Part shown: one piece after another, positions 50,162-60,196 of the stretch
Position numbering within the stretch: the first letter of the stretch is position 1
How the letters are laid out: each line of letters opens with the position of its first letter
Assembly (NCBI GenBank): GCA_024720975.1
Contig: JANJXX010000001.1
Coordinates: 191,408 to 255,407, forward strand
Direction: 5' to 3'
Length of the DNA: 64,000 nucleotides
From: Thermoproteota archaeon
GTDB lineage: Archaea; Asgardarchaeota; Njordarchaeia; Njordarchaeales; Panguiarchaeaceae
Program-made: the position numbers and the translations under genes
The notes under the pieces: generated by a model
What the model was told of the DNA's origin: nothing
The model's input: the letters and a program-made list of their open reading frames with translations, nothing else
Databases searched by the model: none

Positions 50162-53002
50162 TCACTTAGAGAGCTTTGCATAATTGATTTCTGCTTCAAG
50201 AAGTTTTTGAAGTAGAATATCGAGACTATTATACCTATTCAATAAAGAAACCGCAAGCTCTAAATTCGCCATCGAACTCACGGCATAAAGCGTCTCCAAT
50301 GGTCTAAACTTTAAAAATCTACTTATCGCATATAGCAAATCAAGACGTCTCGACTCATTTCTATCAAGTTGAAGCCTCTTTTTAATTTTCTCAAGTATGA
50401 ATTCTGTTGAATCGCGAGGCTTTGTTACTGACAATAAATGAGATCCACAATTGGGGCATTTCTCAAGAACACCGTCAGATATACACCTTATTTCCCAGTG
50501 TCCGCAATGAAGGCACACCCATTTTATTCGACGCTTGTTTAGCCTTTCTTTGTAGTGCTGAATTGTATCATGTTGCAGTCTCTCCTTTTCTTCAGTGCTA
50601 ACTATCTGCATTTCTGGATTAACTAATATTGATATTCCTCTTCGAATCAACAATTTTATGTCCCCAGAAAATATTCCATCAAGCACCCTAGTTAAGTTTG
50701 CTAAGTCACCTCGCAGCGCTAAAAATTCGTTTATGGCCTCTTCCATGACTATTGTGTCCTTGTATTTATCCATCACCGTGAAAATGTACCTCTTGGGATA
50801 GCTCTCTTCTCCAAGTACACCGAATCTTCTTGCTACACTAAGGAAGTACCATGCTAACTCTCCGAAGCTTCTCTTAATTGTTTCTCTAACATAACTTTCC
50901 AACATACCCGTGACTCGAAGTTCTTTGAGTCTTTGGATGGCTTTTTGAATGGCCTTCTCTACAATCTCGGGCCTGTGGATTCCAGGATAAAGTTCAACTA
51001 TGATGCGATATGCATCAGATGAATATCCCAAAACCGGTAGGCTTGTCTCCTCTAAAAAGATCCTAAACAAAACCATAGAAAGCAGTTTATTGACTTGATT
51101 ACCCGCGCACAGATGCACGATTAGTAGACCTTTTTCGAATAATTGGTAGCTTGATTCAAAGATTATATGCTCGTCATCAGGAATTACATCGATGCTACTT
51201 AACAAGTTTTTTATTCTTTCTATATCGCTTGCAGATTTTTCATCCACGAGCTCACCAAGTACATCCTCGATTTTAATGTCACTTGCGATAGTTCTTCTAA
51301 GCACGCCAACTTGCTTGGCGGTTGTGTTCGAGACAGGCATTAATTCTCCAACCCATGATGGAGCCTGTGATATTTCGCTTGCTTGGCATACTAGTACCTT
51401 CTGCAGGCTGTAATCTACGCTAATAACTTCCCAACTCCGGCCTGCGAGCACAAATTTATCCCCAACATTTAAATCTAGGACGAATTTCTCATCCAACTCA
51501 CCCAGTTGTTTGTTAGAAGCCATATCAATAACTTTGTACTTTGGCGATGTTGGTATCATAGAAATGTTATTGAAGTAGAATTTCACTCCTCCCCTACCAA
51601 TTTTAAGGACGTTATTTTCTATCTTTATCACTCTAGACTTCTCGCTTAGGAATTTGCATAATGCTGTGAATTCATTTTCCTTCAGATCTCTATATGGATA
51701 CGCCCTAGTAGTAATACTATATACAGTTTCCATCGTTGGATATTGCTTACCATCGAGTGCAAAATCTCTTATTATCCCCACTATTTGGTGTGCTAAAACG
51801 TCAAAACTTTTTGCTAGAGCAGTCGTGGATTCCACTTCCCATTTTTTTCCAAGCGATACTATTGCTAGGGATTCGAGAAAGTCGTCGATTGTTAAAGCAT
51901 AAATTTTTCCTTTGGATACTTTGCTTATAAAATGCCCGGCTCTACCCATTCTTTGAAGCATTGTCTCTATTCTTCTCGGAGAGGAAACTTGAATTACGTA
52001 TTCTACGTCTCCTATATCTATTCCTAACTCGAGGGAGCTAGTCGCTATTACTGCTTTTATCTCACCTTTCCGAAGTCTTTCCTCAATATTTATCCTCAGC
52101 TCTTTTGATATTGACGAATGATGTACAGGAACATCCAAATTATGCAACTTCCTCAATAAAATGGCTATTATCTCCGCCATTTCTCTAGTGTTGGTGAAGA
52201 CTATTAGTTTACCATCAGATGTTGTTATATCCTCATAAAGTCTCCTAACGAGTTCTTTCATGTCGGGTTTTATGATTAGGGTATTTCCAACGGCTTCTAT
52301 TTTTGGAGGTATATAACGCACTTGCACATCATAAATCTTTTGTTGGCTGGCGTTGATGACTTTCCCGCCAATACCTCCCGTGAAGTATTTTAAGATGAGA
52401 TCTGGATCAGCTACTGTTGCACTTAATAAAACTACCTGCGGTGAACCACAGAGTATTTTCAAGCGTTCAAGAGCCAAGGCAAGCTGAACTCCTCGTTTGT
52501 TATCAACAAGACTATGGACTTCGTCAATTATCACGTATCGGACGTTTTTAAGGTGGCGCCTAATTTTTGGACTCCATAGCAAAACGTTTAAAGTTTCAGG
52601 AGTAGTTATCAGAGCTACTGGTGGTTCTTTTGCTTGCTTTTTTCGCAAGGATTGAGGTGTGTCTCCGTGTCTGACATCAACCGAAACACCGATTTGATGA
52701 AAAATCTTCAGCAGCCTACTTAGAAGGTCCCTATTTAGGGCTCTGAGAGGTGTTATGTATATGAGAGTTATTGGCTTTAACTCTGATCTATCAAGCATTT
52801 TGGATAGAATAGGAAGTACTGCTGCTTCAGTTTTTCCAGCCCCTGTAGGTGCAACTAGTATAGCGTTCTCATTTGATCTTAGAATAAAGTCTACAGCTAA
52901 TTTTTGGACGAGCGTTGGTTGTTTTAATCCGATTTTATTCAGTATGCGCACTATTCTCTCGTTTAATCTAGAAAAGACGTTATCACGTTCCATTATAAAC
53001 AC
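50162..53002 (-). CDS. lhr: Lhr-like SF2 helicase
   Basis: APTGAGKT, PLRALNRD, RHGDT, TTPE, IDEVH, LSAT, TSSLELGID, QRMGRAGH, C-terminal CxxC/CPNC. Confidence 0.92.
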   Translation of the reverse strand: MFIMERDNVFSRLNERIVRILNKIGLKQPTLVQKLAVDFILRSNENAILVAPTGAGKTEAAVLPILSKMLDRSELKPITLIYITPLRALNRDLLSRLLKIFHQIGVSVDVRHGDTPQSLRKKQAKEPPVALITTPETLNVLLWSPKIRRHLKNVRYVIIDEVHSLVDNKRGVQLALALERLKILCGSPQVVLLSATVADPDLILKYFTGGIGGKVINASQQKIYDVQVRYIPPKIEAVGNTLIIKPDMKELVRRLYEDITTSDGKLIVFTNTREMAEIIAILLRKLHNLDVPVHHSSISKELRINIEERLRKGEIKAVIATSSLELGIDIGDVEYVIQVSSPRRIETMLQRMGRAGHFISKVSKGKIYALTIDDFLESLAIVSLGKKWEVESTTALAKSFDVLAHQIVGIIRDFALDGKQYPTMETVYSITTRAYPYRDLKENEFTALCKFLSEKSRVIKIENNVLKIGRGGVKFYFNNISMIPTSPKYKVIDMASNKQLGELDEKFVLDLNVGDKFVLAGRSWEVISVDYSLQKVLVCQASEISQAPSWVGELMPVSNTTAKQVGVLRRTIASDIKIEDVLGELVDEKSASDIERIKNLLSSIDVIPDDEHIIFESSYQLFEKGLLIVHLCAGNQVNKLLSMVLFRIFLEETSLPVLGYSSDAYRIIVELYPGIHRPEIVEKAIQKAIQRLKELRVTGMLESYVRETIKRSFGELAWYFLSVARRFGVLGEESYPKRYIFTVMDKYKDTIVMEEAINEFLALRGDLANLTRVLDGIFSGDIKLLIRRGISILVNPEMQIVSTEEKERLQHDTIQHYKERLNKRRIKWVCLHCGHWEIRCISDGVLEKCPNCGSHLLSVTKPRDSTEFILEKIKKRLQLDRNESRRLDLLYAISRFLKFRPLETLYAVSSMANLELAVSLLNRYNSLDILLQKLLEAEINYAKLSK

Positions 53003-53035
53003 AAAAAAGCAGCGTATTCGCTGAAGTTTTTGATA

Positions 53036-53560
53036 CTATTCGGATACCGGTTCTACATCTTCAGGTTTAACTTCTATTATCAGAGTAGCACCAACCATCA
53101 GGTCTAGGAATAACTTCGTCTTTGAGACGCTAACTATTCTTGCAGTCCTATCTTTAAAGGGACCATGTATAATACGTACTATTTGCCCTACCTTGAATTC
53201 TATTTCTTTCTTTTCTTCAACCTCCCTAGAGTGTTTAATCGCATCTTCGATCGATCTTCTCAGCTCATCAAATTCGAGCGCATCAAGGGGAGTCTCGAAA
53301 GCACGTGCATAGCGGAAGTACGCTATAGCTTGAGCTACAGCGCTGTAATCATCAGCTTCAACATATATCAAGTCTGGATGTTTGTCGATGATAATTGCCG
53401 AGTAAATTGGCAAGTTAAGGATTTGCGCCCTTTGTTTTATGAGGATTAGTGCGTCTATTGCCCGATTTTTAGGAACACTAACTATAAATATTGGTTTTCT
53501 ATCTCTTTCCGGACTCCCTGATGCCTCCGTAAATTTCTTCACTTCATTCTCTTTGTCCAT
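53036..53560 (-). CDS. spt5: Transcription elongation factor Spt5/NusG
   Basis: NGN-like IYSAII...IYVEA plus KOW motif GQIVRIIHGPFK. Confidence 0.85.
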   Translation of the reverse strand: MDKENEVKKFTEASGSPERDRKPIFIVSVPKNRAIDALILIKQRAQILNLPIYSAIIIDKHPDLIYVEADDYSAVAQAIAYFRYARAFETPLDALEFDELRRSIEDAIKHSREVEEKKEIEFKVGQIVRIIHGPFKDRTARIVSVSKTKLFLDLMVGATLIIEVKPEDVEPVSE

Positions 53561-53563
53561 GCA

Positions 53564-53776
53564 CTATCCGCCTGGTCTTATTATCGTTTGTGTGATTATT
53601 CTTACTCCGAAACCAAGAAGACCTAGCATAACTATCAGTATGAGTACTATCTTGAGTACTAAGAAGAACTCTCGTGTGGAGGGTTTTGTTGATAGTTTAG
53701 TTAATTTCCAGGCTCCCATAAAGAAGCCTTCAAGTCTTGCACCTAAACTCTTCTTGTTTGACACAACTACCACCAA
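53564..53776 (-). CDS. secE: SecE/Sec61-gamma
   Basis: KPSTREF followed by one TM with G..GF; directly upstream of spt5. Confidence 0.88.
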   Translation of the reverse strand: MVVVVSNKKSLGARLEGFFMGAWKLTKLSTKPSTREFFLVLKIVLILIVMLGLLGFGVRIITQTIIRPGG

Positions 53777-54064
53777 TATCTATGCTACTATAATCCTATG
53801 TTCAGACTACTTATTCAAAGGAAAGGATTCTGCTAATAAGATGGTTTACTAGTTTTTTGAGTTTTAATTGCAAGTGATATAATGCTCAATTGGATAGTCC
53901 TATGCGGTTACTTCTTGTTCCTTCAAAGAATTATTCACTATTCGCTTGATGCTGTCTCACTATTAACATCAGCTGATCTTGTTACCAGGATTTTAACTAT
54001 CTGCATTATAATCAGTCAAATCAATTGTCTATTTAGTGCCTTAGAATTTTTTGGTGCTTTAAAA

Positions 54065-55129
54065 TTGAGCGACCAAAGCGTGAACTTAAAGTGCATAGGT
54101 GTCGATTTAGGAACTTCTACTATTAAGGTTTCGTTTGGAGATAAGAGGTACAGAATACCATCAATTATAGGCGAACCGAATCCGGGTGGATTTGCAGGAA
54201 TTACTCAGGACACCAGTTGGGAGAACAACTTGGTTGCTATAATTGACAATCAAGAGTGGTATGTCGGTGAGTTGGCTCGAGTTCAAAGTGTGCTGAAAAT
54301 ACCTCTCGCTCGTGAAGGCAAAGTAAAGAGTACGAAAGAAGCAAAAATCGCAGTACTTTCTGCACTAGGAATAATACACGAACCGCATCAAGATATCAAG
54401 TATGTAGTAGGTACAGGTGTTCCTGTCGCTACTGGTACATCCGAAATGCAAGAACTTAGTAAAGCTATCGTAGGGAAACATAAGTTTACACTTAAAAATG
54501 ATGCTACTGGAGAGGTAAAAACAATAAATTTACATGTGGTAGCGGCCCCTGTGTTACCAGAGCCCTATGGATGCTATTACTATGTACTCAAAAGTAGGGG
54601 TATCGAAAAAGCATTTGATGCTGTCATTATAGATGTCGGCTTTGGAACGACAGACATACTTTCGATTCATAGAGGTACTATAGTGAGACCTGCTAGTGGA
54701 TCCACGCCTGACGCAATAGATACCCTGGCTGAGAAGTTAGCATCATTTCTAGAGGAACACACTGGCTATATAGTAAAGCTTGAAAGCCTGGCTGCTGCCC
54801 TTGAGAAAGGAACAAAAATCACGATTGGTGGCGTAGTATATGACATAAAACCTCAGTTGGAGAGAGTCGCACAAATTGTCGCAGAATCAATACTCGATAC
54901 ACTAGATCGATTAATAAGAAATCTACCACCTCAGGCCTCAGTGAAATACTACATCCTGACAGGAGGAGGCATCTACATACTTGGGAAATATTTGAAGGAT
55001 GCGTTAATAGAAAGAAAACTTGCAACGAAAGAGCAAATACTCATTCCAGATGATCCTGTGATGGCCAATAGTATTGGCTTTGAGCTTGTAGCGAGATACT
55101 TTGCCGAGAAGAAGCTTCCCTCGACTTAA
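54065..55129 (+). CDS. ParM/StbA-like actin-fold ATPase
   Basis: Phosphate-1 GVDLGTSTIK, YVGELA, connect PEPYG, phosphate-2 IDVGFGTTD, adenosine LTGGG, DPVMAN..G. Start moved to TTG 54065 after GGTG. Confidence 0.88.
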   Translation: MSDQSVNLKCIGVDLGTSTIKVSFGDKRYRIPSIIGEPNPGGFAGITQDTSWENNLVAIIDNQEWYVGELARVQSVLKIPLAREGKVKSTKEAKIAVLSALGIIHEPHQDIKYVVGTGVPVATGTSEMQELSKAIVGKHKFTLKNDATGEVKTINLHVVAAPVLPEPYGCYYYVLKSRGIEKAFDAVIIDVGFGTTDILSIHRGTIVRPASGSTPDAIDTLAEKLASFLEEHTGYIVKLESLAAALEKGTKITIGGVVYDIKPQLERVAQIVAESILDTLDRLIRNLPPQASVKYYILTGGGIYILGKYLKDALIERKLATKEQILIPDDPVMANSIGFELVARYFAEKKLPST

Positions 55130-55175
55130 TGACTAAAATGTTATTCCCTAGGGATTCATTAATGGAATGATAAGG

Positions 55176-56510
55176 CTAGGTTAATAGCTCATACCTGAAC
55201 TTTATTTCATTGGCAATATCTCTAAGCAGTTCTCCCCAATGCAATACGATATCCCTCTCTGAGACATCCGCGATCTTGATACCCCTTCTCTGAACTCTAC
55301 TGAAGACACCATCAAGTATCTCTTTAGCCGATGAATACCTGATAGACAATGAACTAGAAATCAATTTGCGTAGAAAGTCATTCCTTTTCTCTAGCACTGC
55401 CGGGGATACCTTTAAAGCTCCTAGAACTAGCCCGTATAGCATACATGATGAAACTACGTACTCCATTGGAATGACCCCGTTTTCTCCCAAGTCTACTGCT
55501 ATTGATGTGCGCAAGAAAGCTTGCAACAAATCTAGGTTAAGTAACTTATATACTGAGCTACTTTCGCTAATCCTCCTAACGCACCGCAGAACTTGAACTA
55601 AGCTTTTTCTTAGCGGATATATAAGCAGAGTATTTTTTCTGTCGGCAAAATATCCCATTGTGGAAAAAATGTCACTAATTGCCAGCTCAGTATCACCCTC
55701 ATACATAAAAATAGCGAACTTACACATGTCTAAGAGTTTCTCGAGAGAGCGTGTTAACCGTATATTGAGACTGAATTCTTCTCCATTAAATTCGTACAGT
55801 ATCTTTAGCTCTTCTTCGGAGCTGATAGCGACGTTCTTAATGGTGATCTCGTGATCTAAATCTAACGGAAATACCAAGCCACAAACCTTGCTGAGAATGC
55901 TTAGTACGCCTCTCACCACAGGTAACAATTCCTCCGAAAGGTCTTTATGAATTCCTACAAGAAACCCCCACGTTCTTAATATGTTATTTATACACCCAAA
56001 TTTTTCGCTTGATAATAGGTCCATCGAATTTCTAATGAGTGTCTTAGCCACGCTTTTATTCACACCATGTTTAATGAGATTTAGAGTATACATGCGCTGA
56101 GCCTTTTTCTTAATGATCTCACACTCACTAGCTGATAATACAACTCTCGCAGCAATGTTTTCGCGGAGATCTATGGGAATATCTTGAGCGGAACCGCAGA
56201 CAAAAGCAATTACCTTGGACGTTGGAAGCTCCAAGAATTGACGAAATTTATCCCAATCAGCAGCTGCACTAACAGCAATGATAATACTGTATTTAGATAC
56301 AGCATCGCTGAGTTCTCTAGTACCAACCAGCTTGCATGAAACATTCCACCTGTTTAGAGCGTCACTTACAAGTTTTGAGAGGACGAGAAGATGCCTGTCT
56401 TTGACTACGACAATTCCCAGTGACTTGTCCCATTTTAGTATCTTCCTTGCAACGGTAGTAGTTCTACGTTTGAGAAGATTATTCAGGATGCTACTGTTGC
56501 GATTGCCCAT
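55176..56510 (-). CDS. Hypothetical protein (444 aa)
   Basis: Long ORF overlapping the upstream gene by 20 nt; no motif recognised. Confidence 0.65.
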   Translation of the reverse strand: MGNRNSSILNNLLKRRTTTVARKILKWDKSLGIVVVKDRHLLVLSKLVSDALNRWNVSCKLVGTRELSDAVSKYSIIIAVSAAADWDKFRQFLELPTSKVIAFVCGSAQDIPIDLRENIAARVVLSASECEIIKKKAQRMYTLNLIKHGVNKSVAKTLIRNSMDLLSSEKFGCINNILRTWGFLVGIHKDLSEELLPVVRGVLSILSKVCGLVFPLDLDHEITIKNVAISSEEELKILYEFNGEEFSLNIRLTRSLEKLLDMCKFAIFMYEGDTELAISDIFSTMGYFADRKNTLLIYPLRKSLVQVLRCVRRISESSSVYKLLNLDLLQAFLRTSIAVDLGENGVIPMEYVVSSCMLYGLVLGALKVSPAVLEKRNDFLRKLISSSLSIRYSSAKEILDGVFSRVQRRGIKIADVSERDIVLHWGELLRDIANEIKFRYELLT

Positions 56511-56958
56511 CGGCAGCTTTATCCTCCTTTTTCTTTAGCTCTGATGAGTCTATTTCAGCAACAATAATTGAATCAAGCACACTCTCAAGGGGAAGCGGCT
56601 CCTCGTAGCTCTCGGCGGCTTTAGTTACTTGAACTGGAGGCATCTCAAGCTCGATCTTTTTTGGCTCTACTGATGCACTAGCAGGACTCATTGTTAAAAG
56701 TCCGGTCAACTTTTGTTCAATGGCTTGTATGAGTTCATTTACATTAATTTGTGGGGATTGTTCCTTTAAGGATTCACCACCAAATAATTGAGCATGCTCT
56801 CTCTGAATGGCTTTAGTTATAGCTTCATCAATTGAACCTACTACATCAGCGATGTCTTCAAGCATCAAAAAAGTTTCAAGATCTAGGTACACGACAATAC
56901 CCACGAAGTTTTTCTGACCTTTCTTTTTTGTGCCTAAAATTCTTGCGGACAAGTCCAA
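56491..56958 (-). CDS. Hypothetical protein, possible N-terminal ribbon-helix-helix with low-complexity tail
   Basis: Strand-helix-helix pattern IVVYLDLETFLMLEDIA...SIDEAITKAI; P/E/S-rich C-terminus; GGTG before TTG start. Confidence 0.55.
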   Translation of the reverse strand: MDLSARILGTKKKGQKNFVGIVVYLDLETFLMLEDIADVVGSIDEAITKAIQREHAQLFGGESLKEQSPQINVNELIQAIEQKLTGLLTMSPASASVEPKKIELEMPPVQVTKAAESYEEPLPLESVLDSIIVAEIDSSELKKKEDKAADGQSQQ

Positions 56959-56978
56959 CTTCTACACCAAAGCAGTAG

Positions 56979-57070
56979 CGGGCCCGGCGGGATTTGAACC
57001 CGCGACAATGCCCTTTGAAGTTAAATTGGGCTCCGGAGGCCCACGTGCTATCCTACTACACAACGGGCCC
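56979..57070 (-). tRNA. tRNA-Arg(CCG) with 18-nt intron at non-canonical position 44/45 (57008-57025); CCA not encoded
   Basis: Acceptor GGGCCCG/CGGGCCC, anticodon arm TGGGC-CTCCGGA-GCCCA, T arm GCGGG-TTCAAAT-CCCGC. Removing the intron restores a 5-nt variable loop ATGTC. Confidence 0.9.
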
Positions 57071-57592
57071 CTGGATAGTTAACTAGATGGTAGAATAAAA
57101 TTTAAGTGATGATACTTAAAGTCTTCTAGAAAAATGACCAACAATAGCATAAGCTCTTTCTGTATAAAATTGGATAAGCAATTAATATGAACACAGACAA
57201 ACTCATCTAGCAGATGATCACGATGAACTTTATTGCTTAGAATTTCTGCCAGAGGTCTTTTAAGGATGAAGCTAAAACTTTTTGTTAATGTTCATATTGA
57301 GGGATTAGATTGTGTTTTTGAACCAATACCACTCCAAGATCACGTGCTTCTAAAGTAAGAGTTTTAAGAAAGCCGGCTGATAAAATCTCCTTGATATTTG
57401 CTCGAATTCTTTTATGCGGCTTTTCTCTTTTCAGAGTTAAAGAGTTATTAGCATACTAATTCTTAGTCTTGCGAGTACTTCAAATCTATTCGATAAGGCA
57501 TTGTGTGAGGTAATGTATGTTTTTATTACAGGGTATGCTTCGTGTTACCTCAAAGTTAAGCGAATTTATCGTTCTGACAGGAGGAGAATTAG

Positions 57593-57706
57593 TGGTAGCG
57601 GGGGGTGGATTTGAACCACCGACCTCCGGGTGTCTCATCCGCCAGTGATTCTTGTAGAGGCCAGATTATGAGCCCGGCGGGCTCGACCTAACTACCCTAC
57701 CCCGCT
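57593..57706 (-). tRNA. Initiator tRNA-Met(CAT) with 35-nt canonical 37/38 intron (57632-57666); CCA encoded
   Basis: A1-U72 pair, GGG/CCC in anticodon stem, BHB CTCA-TAA / TGAG-ACA, T arm GGTGG-TTCAAAT-CCACC. Confidence 0.95.
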
Positions 57707-57989
57707 TTGATGAATTGACTCTATTACTAGTACTCCTATGTCGCTATGGCATTTTTTAAAGTTTACATTTTTATCTCTAATTCAAGTCGCTTTGAATGCA
57801 ACTTTAATCGACTTTCTATTGAACATTAATTGGTCAGAGTTTACGCTTTGGTTGGTATTGAGAACTGCTTGCTTATCAAATCAATCTATGACACTTGGAT
57901 ATCGTTTCATTTAAATTGATCCTATCATTGTACTCGCTTGCTGGTTGGTCTGTCAAATATGAAATCATGCAAATCCTGGTATGATTTCA

Positions 57990-58838
57990 CTAGACTTTAC
58001 TTATATCTATTACTACTATCTCGTTCTTTCCCGTAAGTTTTGCTATTTTTGGCTCTAGTATTCGACCTACGTATTCTGTTGGTGAAAATAAGCTCAGAAG
58101 CCTCCTCTTAAAGTACCATCTTGCCCCCTGGGGTAAAAATGTATGGGCTCTGATTATCTTCTTGAGTCCCTCTTTCTCTATAAATTCTTCAAATGCTTTT
58201 TCTCCGAATATGTATATGTTCGCGCCTCTGTAGGATGGTGCAAAGTAATCTATACCTTCTTCGGGGTCATTCCAAAGTACTTGCATTAGCACCATATTCA
58301 TTCCTTCGAGATCTCCCTTGGGTATTCTCCTTATGTCACTAAATGTCGCATCTTTCGGTACGCCGCCATGTAGACATAGTATCTCAGAGTTTATTATTGC
58401 TGCTACTGGCATCTGAGAAAATACCTTGTTGAATTCTCGATATAGTGTATTCGTATGGGTTGGGTATTTGTAGTGGAGCTCGTCAAGGAATCCATATACC
58501 TCATTGACTGGTGCTGTTTCGTGATTTCCCCTGAGCATTACTATCCTATCTGGTTCGCTTAATTTTAATCTAAGTATACCTACCATAACCTCAACGCTAA
58601 AAGGACCTCGGTCTATGTAGTCACCTAGAAATACAAACTTTGCATTGGTTTGCTGAATTATTTGAAATATCTTCGTCGCGGATTTTAGATCTCCATGAAT
58701 ATCCCCTATAAAGAATGCCTCCTTTGCGTCAATATCTAGTACTATCTCCTCATCTTTGAAAACTTCTTCAGCTTTTTCCAGAATATCAATGATTTCCTCG
58801 ACAGGTATTGGTTTTAGGCGGAACATAATTAACACCAC
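57990..58838 (-). CDS. PPP-family Ser/Thr protein phosphatase
   Basis: GDIHG, GDYIDRG, RGNHE, HGG, LWNDP, IRAH, SLFS. Confidence 0.93.
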   Translation of the reverse strand: MVLIMFRLKPIPVEEIIDILEKAEEVFKDEEIVLDIDAKEAFFIGDIHGDLKSATKIFQIIQQTNAKFVFLGDYIDRGPFSVEVMVGILRLKLSEPDRIVMLRGNHETAPVNEVYGFLDELHYKYPTHTNTLYREFNKVFSQMPVAAIINSEILCLHGGVPKDATFSDIRRIPKGDLEGMNMVLMQVLWNDPEEGIDYFAPSYRGANIYIFGEKAFEEFIEKEGLKKIIRAHTFLPQGARWYFKRRLLSLFSPTEYVGRILEPKIAKLTGKNEIVVIDISKV

Positions 58839-58882
58839 TTGTTTATTCTTAAGAATTATGAAGATCGTTTTTATTCAACTAT

Positions 58883-59536
58883 GTGATTCCAATATGCATT
58901 AGGGTGGGTTCAATGGAAACAATAACCCCTGGACTAATCACAGGCCTAACCATTGGGCTCCGCGGAAAGGACTTCGTGATCATCGGTTCTTCTAAACGAG
59001 AGTTATACGGATCCTTAGTAATCTCAGATAAAGGAAGCTTAATGAAGTTCTTCAATAACAGAATTATTGTTTGTTTCTCAGGTCATGTGCCGGATATACA
59101 ACACATATTCCGAGAGTTAAATTGGTTCTTACGTACAGAACAACTCCAGCGAGAGAGGGAACTTAGTATCGCCGAAGTCATTGGTTTTCTGGGTATACTC
59201 ATGTTCTCATACAAGCTATTTCCAAACATCGCTTGGGGAGTTGTTGGAGGATTTGAATTAACAGGCGAGACTAAACTATACGATTTGGATCCTTTAGGTT
59301 CAGTTTTAGAGGAAGACTATGTTGCCTCTGGAATCTCTGCCGAGGTCGCATACGGTCTTTTAGAGAAGGAGTATAGACCAGATATAAGTTTTGACAATGG
59401 AAAAGATTTAATTACTAGAACGCTTAGAAGCGTAGCTAAGAGAGACGTGATAGTAGGTAAATACGCAGATATAGCGTACATCCGCATGATTAATGGAGTA
59501 AAAGAATGCAAAATCGAAACCATTGCATTGTTGTAG
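58883..59536 (+). CDS. psmB: Proteasome beta-type subunit, predicted non-catalytic (likely start ATG 58913)
   Basis: TIGLRGKDFVII, SG...D.Q, GG.....LY.LDPLGS, A.G.LE..Y, RD; catalytic Thr1 motif absent. Confidence 0.85.
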   Translation: MIPICIRVGSMETITPGLITGLTIGLRGKDFVIIGSSKRELYGSLVISDKGSLMKFFNNRIIVCFSGHVPDIQHIFRELNWFLRTEQLQRERELSIAEVIGFLGILMFSYKLFPNIAWGVVGGFELTGETKLYDLDPLGSVLEEDYVASGISAEVAYGLLEKEYRPDISFDNGKDLITRTLRSVAKRDVIVGKYADIAYIRMINGVKECKIETIALL

Positions 59537-59550
59537 CAGAGAGAGGCTAA

Positions 59551-60183
59551 TTATTCCTCTTCCGGCCTAGCACCAGGTTTTACTGTAACTCCCATTTCCC
59601 TTAGGAAAATTATTACATCTTCTCTAGTTAATCTGTGTCTTAATGGAATCTTACTAGTTTTCAGTCTTCGCCTCATAACACGATATCCGTTTCGACAGAA
59701 TGTAACACAAACATCAAAGCCTATTGTGCCGAGTTCGGGAATATACTTAACTCCAGGTATTTCGATGTGCTCTTTAACACCGAAGGAAAAGTTGCCATAT
59801 TTGTCTATTTGTTCTTCATAAACTGTGTAATCGATAACTTTCATTAGACGCTTTAGCCATTGATATGCCTCTTCACCACGGAGAGTTAATTTCCAACCAT
59901 GAGTTTTTCCACGTCTTATGCCCCATGTATGTATTGTTTTTTTAGCCCTCACTAGAGCTAACTTTTTGCCGAAAATTCCTTCTAGTATAGTCTTAGCGCG
60001 TTCTAATTTCGATTCATCTGGACCACACGAGTAATTTATTACCACTTTCTCAAGGCGTGGTATTAGGTTGGGATTTGGGTATCTATCCTTATACTTTTTT
60101 ATAATAGCTTCGGTTATCTCGCTGAGACTTTTAGCCAACGTCACCTCTTTCTTCTCTTCTACCCTTCTAGCTCTCTTGCTCAT
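59551..60183 (-). CDS. rpl5: 50S ribosomal protein uL5
   Basis: PRLEKVVIN, WGIRRG, LRGEEA, GNFSFGVKEHI, GFDV; start moved to ATG 60183. Confidence 0.95.
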   Translation of the reverse strand: MSKRARRVEEKKEVTLAKSLSEITEAIIKKYKDRYPNPNLIPRLEKVVINYSCGPDESKLERAKTILEGIFGKKLALVRAKKTIHTWGIRRGKTHGWKLTLRGEEAYQWLKRLMKVIDYTVYEEQIDKYGNFSFGVKEHIEIPGVKYIPELGTIGFDVCVTFCRNGYRVMRRRLKTSKIPLRHRLTREDVIIFLREMGVTVKPGARPEEE

Positions 60184-60196
60184 CAGAATCACCAAA

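Noticed and set aside
53882-54064. Hydrophobic N-terminal extension on the actin-like ORF, suggesting a membrane anchor
   Set aside because: Probably an over-extended start; a TTG with a GGTG ribosome-binding site at 54065 sits just before the phosphate-1 motif
53777-55175. parC-like iterons or an att duplication of the tRNA-Arg 3' end around the ParM-like gene
   Set aside because: No tandem repeats or second tRNA fragment found by eye; only a short palindrome (TCCCTAGGGA, about 55145-55154) between convergent genes
57071-57592. About 520-bp AT-rich gap between the two tRNAs
   Set aside because: No ORF of 60 aa or more, repeats or clear structure; nothing supportable
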